A stretch of 59,846 bases of DNA, filler included, from Sphacelaria rigidula (taxonomy: Eukaryota): assembly GCA_964200075.2 (NCBI GenBank). It is 8 parts of 8 records of this genome, joined end to end, with 100 filler letters (N's around TTAATTAATTAA, not from the genome) between each part and the next. Parts side by side here need not be neighbours in the genome. Positions count along the whole stretch, not along the records: positions 22,483 to 29,875 come from CAXNAA020015122.1; positions 29,976 to 37,368 come from CAXNAA020015123.1; 6 more parts are not named here. One strand, 5' to 3'. The translations under genes and the position numbers were made by a program. Under the pieces are notes generated by a model. The model searched no databases, was not told the DNA's origin, and saw only the letters and a list, made by a program, of their open reading frames with translations. This document shows, piece by piece, positions 22,844-34,670 of the stretch (position 1 is its first letter; the number at the start of each line of letters is the position of its first letter).

Positions 22844-25180
22844 CTCGACAATATTTAGTCCGGAGCTCACCACTATATCCCTCATCTTAGGTGATCCCCG
22901 CTTTGTAGGCTTCCAATCCGCTCCTGCGAAGTAGCAGCACTGGAATCACTATCTTCCGCACACCATAGGGCAATAACTCCTCTCGTACGGTGGCTCCTAG
23001 CAGCCACATCTAGCACCCCCATGGTGAATCTCAACATGCCACCAAACAGCATATCGTTACTGCCGAACCAATGCGACACACGCTCTGCCTCCACAGAAGC
23101 TTGCGCTTCGACGATTTCTTCTGTTTCAGTCGCTTTTTTAGGCGAAACGAGAGGTGGAACGGGAACAACCATACAGTCCCGCATAGCAACAGCTCTCGAG
23201 GGCACCACACCATCCTCATTAAGCACCTGACCTTACATCATATGAGCAATATCACGCATCATTCGCTTACATTTACGATGGGGCAACGGCGAATTGACCA
23301 TCCAAAATCTACGATCCATCAACGCCTTATTAAGTGTCCTCACCGCACAATTTTTCACATGCCATCCCGTATTGCCGACTCATACCTCCGGCGACCCCAT
23401 CGCTTTTGCTTTGAACATGTCAGAAAATGCTCCACCTTTTTCGCCACCACACTAGACTGTGCGGGCTCCAACCACACGAAGTTGCTCACATCGTCGTTGA
23501 TCACCAAATTATCTTCGATCGGATCTCCATCGTCCAACCCACCATTTTCCAGCTGACCACTCGCTCCATCGCTGTGGAAATTGAGTTCCATCACCTCCTC
23601 CGGGCGAGTACCATGCACCTTATCCCCACCATGCACCATATCCTCGTGGCGAGGGGGAATGTGCGCCCCCACCTTGGATTCGCTCACCCGTCGCGAGCAG
23701 ATATTTTCCGGCCTTTCCATCGCCGCTCTCTCCAAGCTTGACTGCAAACTGCAGTACAGTAACCCAAACGCCACCAAAACTGCAGCGCACGAAGCTAGCC
23801 ACCCGGCCTTCACCGGATCGTTGCAATTGGGCTGGGCCTTCGCAGCCGTCGCCTGTGACTGTGGCTGCACCCTCATTGGCGGTACGGCTCCACTCTCAGG
23901 AGCTCCCTCTTCATTTTCACCTGTATTCTTCTTGCTCTCACTTTGAAACGACCACTCAGGGACGATCACCCGCCTAGCCGGAAGATAACTAGGGTTGTTC
24001 ATGCCGGTCTGCACCGGCACAGGACGCGGGCGTAACTTTTCCAAAGCCAGCGGATACAAATCTACCCCGAGTTCCTTCATAGTCGCCATGCCAAACAACA
24101 CTACGTCATCGTTGCCAGGCGTGACCGCGAAAGTGATTGGCGACATCTCCACAGCACCCCACGGCGTTCGCACGCTTACAGCAATAGACACCGTTTTATG
24201 ATAAATAGTCACGGGCGCACCCGTGGCGCTCTGTGCCATTTGCGGTCCATTTTCAATGGTAGCTGTAGCTGGGCGCATCCAAACTGTGAAGACAGCTGTT
24301 GCAGCAACCCCACACTTGTTGATGTGAATGCTGATCCAGAGTCAAGAAAAACGCGAGCCACATACATGAACCAACAGAGCCGGGTATAGATAGATCAGCG
24401 CGCAAGCATTCTGAGCTACGGTCGACAGGTATCACACCTGCCGAAGAAAAACTCTGGTTAGTACCTAGAGTCACTTGACGCCATGGCAGTGGTCCAGCAC
24501 TTGACATCGATGTTTTTGCATTCGTCGCAACAGTGGAAGATACACCCGACACAAATCCTACCGGGCCTATGGGTTGCGAGCCTTCCGCTCTAGCACTCCC
24601 CACCAAAGTATTACCTCCTCCCACATATGTTAGCCGCCCCGACACAGACGAGCCTGGAGATCTATCTTCATCACTTGAAAACGCACTTAGGGATACAGTA
24701 GCGGCGGAATTACACTTCTCCGTCGCTTGGTTTCGTTTTTGGCCCCTGCCTCTCTGCACCCGTATCTCTGGTTGCCCCGACCTTGTCCGCCACAACGACC
24801 GCCTCGAGATCTTGCCCCATCTCGCGCATTTCCTTGCGTAACGCCTTTAGCGCGAGGCTTGGGGCAACTTCTTAAAACATGCCCATGGTCTCCACAATTG
24901 TAACACGAGCGAATGAAGAACGCTCGCGACGTCGGCAGCTGTTCCTGTTGCTTGTGCTCGCCATACTTTAACGTTTCTGACGGTATATCCCAAACCAGCG
25001 GCATCGTTGCCGCTTGAGCCATGTTCTCTATGACTCAAAATCACGGATAGACTCTTGCCTTACTTGAGCGTCCCTCCAGCGGAGTGTGTTCCTCCAAACG
25101 CTGTGCGCTGTAAGCTGTCTTCCGCCTGCGGACTGAACTGGCTCTATGCTGCAGCCCAATCCCTCCTCAGCCAAACCTCC
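22844..25180 (-). mobile_element. Internally deleted Ty3/Gypsy element (gag zinc knuckle, protease, integrase remnant)
   Basis: CYNCGDHGHVLRSC knuckle (ORF 24687-25022), VFLDSGS protease motif near 24340, DDVVLFG, and integrase-like LVINDDVSNFVWLEP (ORF 23355-24278). No RT/RNase H motifs seen. Confidence 0.8.
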
Positions 25181-25439
25181 TCTAACAGAGTGCCGGAAGA
25201 ATAGTATCTAGATAATATAGCCTCTGCCAGACGATCTGGACAAGAGGACTATCCACGAGGGACTCCTCCAGCAGCACTGGCCTCATGCTCAACAAGTCCT
25301 TTCTTCTCACTTGTTATTATCATAAAGTAAACAGCTGCGGCCCGCCCCATCAGGCATGGGCCACATCATCCACAGGATATACCCTTGTCCCCTGGTCATC
25401 ATCCAGGATCCTACATGCTACATTTACTACGCCTTGGTG

Positions 25440-27452
25440 TATCTTGGCTACAAGGCCGTGAATTGGCTGCGTACCAAGTTGCCGTGTATGGCAGAAACCG
25501 TAGCTCCCTTGCGTTTTTTCCTTGAAGAACTCATGGCGGGTGCTGCGAGGCGGACGAATCATGTTACAAAAAAACGCGCTATTCCGCCTGCATTGTGGAC
25601 GGAGGGTAGGTCGCAGGCGTGGGCGGCAGCGAAGGATCTGGTGGCTCACGCCGTAACGCTGTTCCGTCCTCGTCCTGATCGTCATTGGGGTAGTTTCGTT
25701 ACGCAGGTGCCTATAGCGGAAATGCAACGACACCTGCCAGTTGAGGACATGACGCATGAATCGCTGGCTTTCCTCAGTGGTAAGTTTAAGGGTTCGCAGT
25801 TTGCGTTGGGCCACAATTGATAAGGAAGGTTTTGCTATCGTAAGCACTTTCCGTCGTTTGGAGATTTCACGGATCACCGAAATCTCGTGTATATTTTCAA
25901 CCCGGAAGCGTGCGTTACGTCTGTGTCGAAAGCATTGGCACAACATTTGGAAGGTTGGAAAACTATTCTTGGCCAGTACCGTTACTCGATTCGCCATATT
26001 TTGGGTGACTGTAACGTGTGGGGTGACTTGCTTTCGCGTTGGGTGAATACCCCGGCTTTGTCTACGCGCGCTGTGGCTGTGTATGGTCCGTGTGAACCTG
26101 CAAGACTCGATGCCGTCTGAATCTGTCGTCCGCTGAGCGCAACGAAAAGACTCTGGGGCCGAAGATGCGGATGTGCACTCTTTCGAGTCGGACGTTGATA
26201 CTGCTATCTTGGACAATGAAGGTCTGTTTCGTGTGCATATGCGTGGCCGAAACGTTTCGTGGATTCCGAGTTATGACAAGCAGTTGCAGGTACGTCTGAC
26301 TATTTGCGCGCACATGCGCGACGCTGGGCATCGTGGTGTGACTGCGACGCTCGTGCGTTTGCAAGAGTTTTGTGTCTGGCAGGGGATAGAAACTCATCAT
26401 GTGCGCGAATGTTTCCGCCAGTGTCTTCACGGTGCTGACTCGAGGGCGGGTGATGTTGTTCCCCGCCCGCTCGGTGAAACGGGCCATGGGACCGCGCCGA
26501 ATGAAGTCGTTCATTTCGACTTCTTGTACGTAGGCGAGAGTGGCCCGCTAGCTTCCCAAGGTTTGTCGGAGGATGCGGGGTTTCGATACATTCAGGTAAT
26601 CATGGATGATTTGAGCAACTTTGTGGCTCTGGAACCAGTAGCAGTGTGTACTGCTGAATCGACCGCTGCATGTCTGCGAATTGGTGCAAACCTTTGGGGG
26701 CGCCCCGTGTGTGGGTGAATGATACCGCCACGCATTTTAAGAATGCGATCTTGGCCTGATTGCGGGAGGCTTTGTGCGTTGATCACCAGTTTGCGGTAGC
26801 GTATTCTCCGTGGCCTAACGGTACGTGCGAACGCATGGTCAAGGAAGTAGTTTGTGGTCTTCGCTCTATTCCTCTCGAGCGGCGTAGAGCGGTTTCCGAG
26901 TGGGTGGACGTGTTGCCGGCGGTGCAATGGGCGCTCAATACAGCATATCCCCGTCGTTACGATAGTACGCCGTACCACGTGATTTTTGGTCGTGCACCTC
27001 GGACGTCTTTCTCGGTGCTGGCGTCTTAGTCGGCGGAGGAATGGAAGTGTGATGTTTTGGACAATGTTCAAATTAAGAGTGCACTGCAAGAAGTCTTGGA
27101 CTTGCAAGAACGTTTCCACGTTCAAGTGCAGGAACGTGTTGCCGCTGAACGTGCGCGTAGATGTGAGGAGTCCTCGTCGGGGCTGGAATTGCCGAATTTT
27201 TAGGTAGGCGACAATGTCTTGTATGCACGCGTGCGTCGTCCGGGTGTTACGCCCAAGTTGATGGCGACGTGGACTGGTCCATGGAGAGTGGTTGGTGCTC
27301 ATCACCCGCACGTGTTTGAGATTCAGAACATTGTTTAGGTCGTGTTCAGACCGCCCATGTAGCTCGTTTGCGTTTCTATGCAGACTCGCAGCTTAATGTT
27401 ACGGCTGACGTTAAGGACGTGTATCAGCATGCTTTCAATCAGGGGCAGTTTC
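25440..27452 (+). mobile_element. Degraded Ty3/Gypsy pol (RT end, RNase H, integrase)
   Basis: VNWLR..LP, WATIDKEGFAIV, HILGDCNVWGDLLSR, CAH..AGHRG, VHFDFL, DDLSNF, PWPNGTCER, WVDVLPAVQWALN and WTGPW motifs, with frameshifts. Confidence 0.92.
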
Positions 27453-29199
27453 AAATCCTAACCGTAGGTTTTTCCGTGTTTCTTTGGAACACTATTTGGG
27501 TCTCGCGGCTTTTCCCGGATGCCAAATGTGGTAAACCTCTATCGATAAACGTTCTGGCTATCGACGTGGCCTGTTGACTTGGTATCGAAATGAGAAAGGC
27601 ATACTCTGTAGGGTGGACCATTACGGACAATACTTATCTACATAGTACTCTAGCTTTTGACATCGAAGCTGTTTTAGTATTCGGCTAGATCTGTCGACAC
27701 ACTCTCGTATGGCCATCCTACCGGAACGTGTCCCATCGGCACATTCTGACCGGTTAGCTGACAGCTCCCGGTCACTTCGCACTGGCTTCAAACGGTCGAG
27801 CTTATCAGCTGGTATTTGACGGTGTTATGTGTGGTTCAGCTGTTTGCAGCGCATGGTTGTTTGGCACGTTACCACATATTTGTGTAAGCGATGGTTTGAT
27901 ATCAGCTTTTCGTCGCTCTGGGTTAGCGCAAAGAGTCGTGAGAGGGTGTCCGGAGTAACATGAAATCTCTCCGGTTTTTGTCTCTTATCATTATCATGAA
28001 GTTTTTCCGGGGTTTACATGTCCGCTTGACAGGTTGACGATTTGTACAATTTCTGTTTTATTCGTCGCCGACTACGTGCATGTTGTCCTTGAAACAATGA
28101 TGCGCGTGAATGCATGAGGTACATCAGGCGATCGAGTGTCGTCTTCGGTTATTATGCGTGGCTGCACGACAGCTGTTGTTATTGTTGACGGGAAGTTTTT
28201 CCGTTTTAACTAAAAATGCTGCCCTTCATGCGGGAACCCTCGGATTTTTATGGGGGAACCGTCCGCGCTTCTGAGATCGATGGGTCCTAGCGATACTGGC
28301 TTTACATCATCAGCTGCCGTGATGGCCGGGTATTCATATATGAACGTTTTTGCTGATACACAGCACATCTGCTGCAGAATCGATTGTGATTTGTTCAGTG
28401 AGGGTGCCGTTTACTCTGGCTGCGACTCTCACACGGGCTGATGCACCGGATAGCGCTAGGGGCCCAGCTGTATACCAGGCGAGCGATGATGTGTTGTATG
28501 AGTCGTAACAGTGATCATTCAAGATCGGGTTCGAAAATGAGGATCGGTGTTTCGATTTGGAATCAACAACCCCTGCTTACAACATTGTTCTTTTTTTCTG
28601 GCTGCCGGTCGAACATGTGTCAGCGCGGAATGTAACGTTACCGATTCATTGGTGTACGGCGCAGAATGTAGCATGATGAGAGCCTCAACAAGATGAGCTC
28701 CATGTTTGACGATAATGGCCATTCGTGTGGTGTGTTGCTTTCTCCACAGCTGCTCTGAAGGCTGCTTAGGACCCAACTCCCATCGTGCTCTTTCTAGCTT
28801 CTGCTCCTAGTATGTACTTTCACACCACAACTGAGGGCTGTTTTGGTGCCCCTCTGCAGGAGTGAGTTACTGTACTGCCCAAGAAACCCACATATTTCCG
28901 ACATTTTTTTTTCACCAGACGGTTGACACTTTTCTCTATTTCATGCGTGATGAGGTGTGGCATCTCGAACTGTCTGTAGTTTTCAACTCCTCTCAGCTTG
29001 TGGGCTAGGATGCGTTAAGATCATCCAGTACATCTCCCTTTCTTTTGTATACTAAATGGTAGGGAATGACAAGGTCATACATTCGCAGGTTGGGTGAATG
29101 TGTTTGTTAGTGCTATTTCGAGTCACCTCGTTTCCAGAGGTCGACCTGCTTGGTTAATTGCCGTGTCTTTCGCACTATAGTGGTGAAATGTTGACAAGT

Positions 29200-29395
29200 G
29201 TGGTTTCGCTGTTTAATTAGCCATCCTGGTGACATCTAATGCACGCTGATCAGACGAATTTCGCGTTTTCGCTGTTTGACTAGCCATACAGGTGACATGT
29301 AAATGCACCCTGAGGAGTCTAACTTCGCGTTTCGCTATTTGATTAGTCATGCGGGTAACATATAAATGCACATTGATGGGGCTAATTTCGCGTTG
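29200..29395. repeat. Three degenerate ~62-bp tandem units
   Basis: ttcgct.ttt.a.tag.cat...ggt.acat.taa.tgcac..tga...tttcgcgtt repeated three times. Confidence 0.75.
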
Positions 29396-29692
29396 ACCTA
29401 AACACATGGCTCCAATAACCTCTCAGCTCGGATGATTATGCACATGACCCATGCGTTTCACCTGGAGTAGCGTTCCTTGGAGGACCCTAGTGTTTGCGGT
29501 GTCGGGTAGCGGTCGGTTCTCGTTCTAGTTTTTACTTCTAAGGCCTATACTGCCTGAGTTCTGTTCTGGTGTTGCCGATGTAAGGAAGACGTACCGTTAA
29601 GGTAGACAGACTAGGGAGGAGGCTATCTCGAGAGATGTCGTCCTGATGCCGAAGGAACTCCGAGGATGACGATGGTTTCCTCTTGTATATGT

Positions 29693-29875
29693 GACACTTT
29701 CTACGATAGCCCCCCCCCCAAAACCAGTGCTCCGTCTCGAAAGGGATGCGTGGTCAATGGTCAAATGACTAAGGCAAGCAACAAATGAGTACGCCCCCCC
29801 CAAAACCAGCTGAAAGTGTCACGAAAAAAATGGCCATACAGCGCCTGATGTTCGGGTTCAGGCTGCATGAAGCGC
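29693..29875. mobile_element. Left part of the GACAC-family MITE, interrupted by a 66-bp LINE 3' stub (29728-29793)
   Basis: Matches 40858-40960. C8AAAACCAG is duplicated on both sides of the LINE stub. Confidence 0.85.
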
Positions 29876-30301
29876 NNNNNNNNNNNNNNNNNNNNNNNNN
29901 NNNNNNNNNNNNNNNNNNNTTAATTAATTAANNNNNNNNNNNNNNNNNNNNNNNNNNNNNNNNNNNNNNNNNNNNCCAACCCCATCGGGGGTCCGCCCCT
30001 ACAAAGCCGGGACGGAGCACACCGGGTTCTCGCCGGACCAGGCTGGGGCGAAATTGAGAGAAAGGCGAAAAAATATCTCGCAAGGCTTTCTTCGAAATGA
30101 CACAGCTTGTCGTGGGTTATCACAGCGCCGTTCGCCGAAATATTATTTCTTGGTTGGACATACACGTCATTTCATGTACGTGCATACCCGTTCACTATTG
30201 CGCCATAGCGTGTTCAGTACGTTACTCTTAGACGCTGTGCAAACGAAATCAATAGGTACGTCTTGAGTAGACAAGATATTCAGTTTTCATGGTCCGGGTG
30301 A

Positions 30302-32275
30302 GGGGGGGTGGGGCGTACTCATTTGTTGGTTGCCTTCGTCATTTGAGCAGTGACCACGCATCCATTTCGAGACGAAGCACCGTTCCTACTCTTAATGGAG
30401 ACACTTGCAACATTTGGGGGCCCACTACGTTTCTGCCATACATTATAGAAGAACATTTCACGTACATATATCTTCACGGTTAGGATGAATCAAATCGTGA
30501 TTTAGCTCATATTCATCCTTCCAACGAATAAATCGTACGATTCGTACATCATTTGTAGTTCATATAGGTTTTCAGCTCGTGAGTCGTGCAGTACATTTCA
30601 AAGGTACCTGTTTCCTACCTTCCGTGATGGCGGGGTATATCATGGGGGCACATACTCATCCCCTGTACTGCAATTTGAATTAATCGACTGTACATGCCAC
30701 GCACTTCTTACCATCATGAGGCGTGAACGGCATGTACAACTTGCTTGACCGAGTCGTTCGAGGTGAGCGCCCGTATATGTTTCGCACCTTCGGGTTAATG
30801 CGGGACTAATAGTCGGCACATGGTTGAATCCTCTCAAACCATGAGCCCTGAATCACGCCTACGTTTTCTCATCTGTAGTGCGCGCAAGATGCCTGCACTA
30901 CACATGTGTTACCCATGCTCGACTCAGCGGGACCAACAATTTATACAGCTGAACCCTGTCATTTTATGGGGAGGCAATTCGTATGAACTCTGATTCGTCC
31001 TTACCGTGCATATCTTATCCCAACCCTGTTTCGCCGTCTATGGCCATCATGTATCTCCTGCTGAAGTATGGCGATCGTTCTCTCGCTACTGCCTCATGTA
31101 CCAAACGATTTCATGTCACATTCGTTTACTTCCCGCGTTTCCCCGTTCAACACGTGTCGTATTTCCTTGTATAGTTCACAAGCTGCCACCAAATGAGTTC
31201 TACCCTCCATTGCTTTGCCTCAGGGGCAATTCTGTGCATCTGCTTCATCCTCCACCCGAGTCTTGGTTATATCTCTTATTTCTTCAAGACAGGTCCTGGT
31301 CCCCCACCCGAAATCGCAGTTTCAATTTGATCTGGTAGTCCACTGGGCCGTGCAGATATACTTTCATCCCTATCCGCTCCCTCAAACCCCTGTGTATCTT
31401 CAGGTGCTCTTCCTCATCCAATTCCTGTTGAAGCGCTTGTGTCCCCTGTTTTCTGTCTTCCCGTTTACTCTTGTGTTGCACCCCCCACGTGCACCCATGG
31501 ATATTTTCTCTACTCGGTTCCTCCTTTATTCTTCCATACTTCCTTGACTACGCTTTTCTACCTTATTCCAGCCTGCCTTTTCGTTACCTTCTTCCATACA
31601 TCCTTTTTGACTATGGCTGGAGATATTTTTATTGGCATATTCCTCACCTACACACATTGTCATTTCCATCCTCTCCTGTCTCCATTTGGTTTTAATGGAC
31701 ATATCCCCACTTCTGTCCTCAATGCTGTATTACTCGTCGTTTATGAGCATCCGAGTATTTTCTTGGCTGCTGTCACCTGTACTGTTTCCAGCTGCTTCAC
31801 CAACTCCCATACTTGTCCTGCATTTTCTAGCTTTGGTACAGTTATGTTCCATCAAAATTCATATTCTAATGTTCGTGTCGAGGTGCGGGCATGGTAGGAT
31901 CACGCCCATCTTGCCTGTCTGTGCCTTGCCCTTTCGTATCACTTGATGTGGAGCTATTTGTGTATGCCGAGACTAATTTGTTGATATCTCTGCGCAAAGG
32001 CACGTATACTGGTTCACGATAGGCAAGTCCTCATCTCCCCTCTTCCATTTGAACTTTACCGGCTTGTTGTTATCTTCGTGACATACAACTACCGCGTACT
32101 TTTTCACGCTCGCTGTCACTCTCATTTTCCCAGTGAATTCCAATGCCTCCTCCATTTGTTTCTGTAATCTTTTTGCTGTTTGTGGTACCCCAACGAAATA
32201 CTTCATCTGCGAACGTCAATCCCGATACCGCATCTTCCCTTCACCCTGATTCCTTGCTTCGCTGTTACTCTCCAT
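30302..32275 (-). mobile_element. Degraded LINE (RT C-terminal region to 3' end), C-tract-ending family, split by a hAT MITE
   Basis: Minus strand VSGLTFAD(D)FVG..LQKQMEEA..FTGKMRV..VNQYTCL, then LKLRFRVGD. The 3' end matches the stubs elsewhere in the window. Confidence 0.85.
30475..31008. mobile_element. 534-bp hAT-like MITE
   Basis: TIR CACGGT(T/A)AGGA(T/C)GAATCA with 8-bp flanks tatatctt/catatctt. Removing it restores the LINE sequence seen at 55100-55150. Confidence 0.85.
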
Positions 32276-33722
32276 TTCTTCGTGTGTTTATTTTAGGGGG
32301 TTTTCTATTTTATTTTATTTTGGGGGGGGAGTCATGTAGATGTGCACTCGGATATTTATAGTAATGTTCCTGTTTGTTCCTTTTTTTAACCGTGCGAAGT
32401 ACATATATGTGGTGTATCCTCCCTTTTGTCAGGGTGCTGATGGTCCCTTCATGAAGGCATTTTATGACAAGGGACGCGTGTCGGGGCTGCTGAAGGCGGT
32501 GCCCATATATGCCGTTCTAGTGGAAGACATCGGGCTCAGGGGATCTCATTTCGTCGCTGTTCGGGTGAGATATATCTTATTCGACAGTCCCGTGTACGAG
32601 CTCGTTCCGTCAAGAGATGTGAGAATCTCTCACCGTATCATGTACAGTAGTCACTAGATGAGGGAGAAACCCTGTATGATCAATACGTGAACTTGATGGT
32701 GGAATCAGAAATCAAGATAGAACAAACTGGGTCGTGGCTTTAGCTCGGCCGTGATGTACCGCTGTGCACGCACGAACGAAAAACAAGGGCATGCGCAGAT
32801 GCCACCGTAGTGCAGTTGTTTTGTTTCGACTCGTTCCAAAGTGATCATTTTCCAATGTTTGACGGAAAAAGGTACAGCTGTTGCCAAGTTGACGCAGCCC
32901 ACATCTGTGTACCCTGTGGGTACTGGATGCTTGCGAATATGTTCATTTAAATATATACGTGGTTTTGTTCCCGTTTCCATGTCATGGTCCATGTCCCGAA
33001 TCACTTCACAGTCAATGTTTTGGAGTATGACGTATGTCCGCCAAAGTGTTCTGAGATGGAAATTTGTATAAGGTTTTTGCGTTTTTGCACCGGGTCAGCG
33101 TTCGATTGTTGACCTAGAGTTGTGTACGTGTGTCAAGAATGGTGATGCACAGACTCAAGTCGTTGAGTGGGCAATAATTTGTCCAGGTGTCTACCTACGC
33201 TCGCTTGTATGCTCAATATATTTGACAGTGAGGTAAATCAGTCTCCGAGCCTGGCGGCGCAATTTTTTTGCCGATGTAAGGGACTGCTATTTCTGAATAC
33301 AAATGCCGGAGACTTGGAGCCCGAAAATTGTGCCGTTTTACTTTTCAGTAGCTCATCGCAATTTAGCTATCTTTGCCCTGATTTTCTTTTAGGGCAACCG
33401 CCGGACTACACCCATGGTAAATATTGGACCCGCCGGCGTAAAGAACGACGACCCCGGGTGTCTATGAGACCTCAACCACTGCTGCACCTGCTGTGCGTAT
33501 GTACGTCCAATTCCAGAGTGTGAATCCACTTGGTTAGCCGATGAGTTTTTTTGGTCTGGTGTCATCTTCGAGGGACCAAGTCAAGACATCGCCTCTTGCT
33601 TTTTTATTTCGTTGTTTGTTTTTTTGTTTATCTATTGATTTATCATCTGTGTCTGTTTGCGTTGACTGTTTTCCGTTTGTTTGTTTTTTCCCGGATGGCG
33701 GGGGTGCGTTGTGTGTGGACAG

Positions 33723-33869
33723 CTGCTCTCCGAGCAAGAGAAGAAGGCTGTCGGGGAGAACCGAGCCAAGAAGGGAATGGGATTTTCTGTCGCGAGCATG
33801 ATCACCGTCGCGGCAGTGTCGGTAGCGATCGGTGCCGTTATCGCACGCGCGTCGAGCCGGGGTAAGTGA
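33723..33869 (+). CDS. Probable last exon of a host gene encoding a C-terminal transmembrane anchor
   Basis: T-rich intron end plus cAG at 33720-33722. Translation LLSEQEKKAVGENRAKKGMGFSVASMITVAAVSVAIGAVIARASSRGK*. A strong donor (G/GTAAGT at 33862) overlaps the end, so it could instead be internal. Confidence 0.6.
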   Translation: MLSEQEKKAVGENRAKKGMGFSVASMITVAAVSVAIGAVIARASSRGK

Positions 33870-34500
33870 GACAAACGTGGACGGCTCTGGCCGATTGCCT
33901 CGCGGATGGACATCTGAGTCTGGCGGTCATTTTCCAAGTGGACATGATACCGATTCCAACATGTGTACGTACACACAGACACACACTCAGACCTGGTTAT
34001 TTAAGTCGATTTCCGAAGAAAAAATATTGAGAAGAAAAAAAACAGAACAAGGAAACAAATGATGCTGCCTCTCTGCTAGCAGAAGAGGCCGGCGCCGTTC
34101 CTTGGTGACTCCGTCGGCGCGGCGGTGAATCAGATTAAGCATCACTTGTCTGTGGCACACGCAGCGACGGATTTTACCTTCTGAGAACGGTTGTCCGGCC
34201 GGCCTGGACGAGTGTTTTTTTTTTTACGGTATATTTGTAGCAGGTGCGGCGGCCAGATGGAGATAAAACGAAGAAAGTTGTGTACTTTTGGCGGCTGGCA
34301 TCGCGTACATGACGGTACACTTCGCAACTCGCCCGTCGTGGGTGACGCGTAGGGTCAGCGCTGTCTTACTGTCCCGTTGCTTAATTCCCCTGCCGTAGTG
34401 GGCCGGCCGCACACGAGATGGATGACGGGTGCTGTTTTGCTGCGTGTGCACTTCGTGAAGTCGTGAAGTGGTTTGTACAAATATGGCGTTCTGTTCGCTC

Positions 34501-34670
34501 GGGGGGGCGGGGGGGCGGGGGGTACTCATGATCTTGCATGCCGTAGTCATATGATCATTGACCTGGCATCAATACAAAGCTGGGACGGAGCACCCCGGGT
34601 TTTTGCCGGACCAGGCTCGCAATCAATCGCCAAGCGCGAAGGGCCGGGGGGGAGGGACGGGGGGGGGGGG
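34501..34670 (-). mobile_element. Short SINE-like element sharing the LINE 3' tail, bracketed by G-tracts (relatives at 57669-57800, 29985-30050, 1-62)
   Basis: gggtactcatgatcttgcatgccgtag...acggagcac...gccggacc..gctcgcaatcaatc is conserved between copies. Confidence 0.65.

Noticed and set aside
6420-33722. Splicing the cNMP exon (phase 0) to the tail-anchor exon (phase 0)
   Set aside because: They are separated by four artificial joins, so phase agreement is uninformative.
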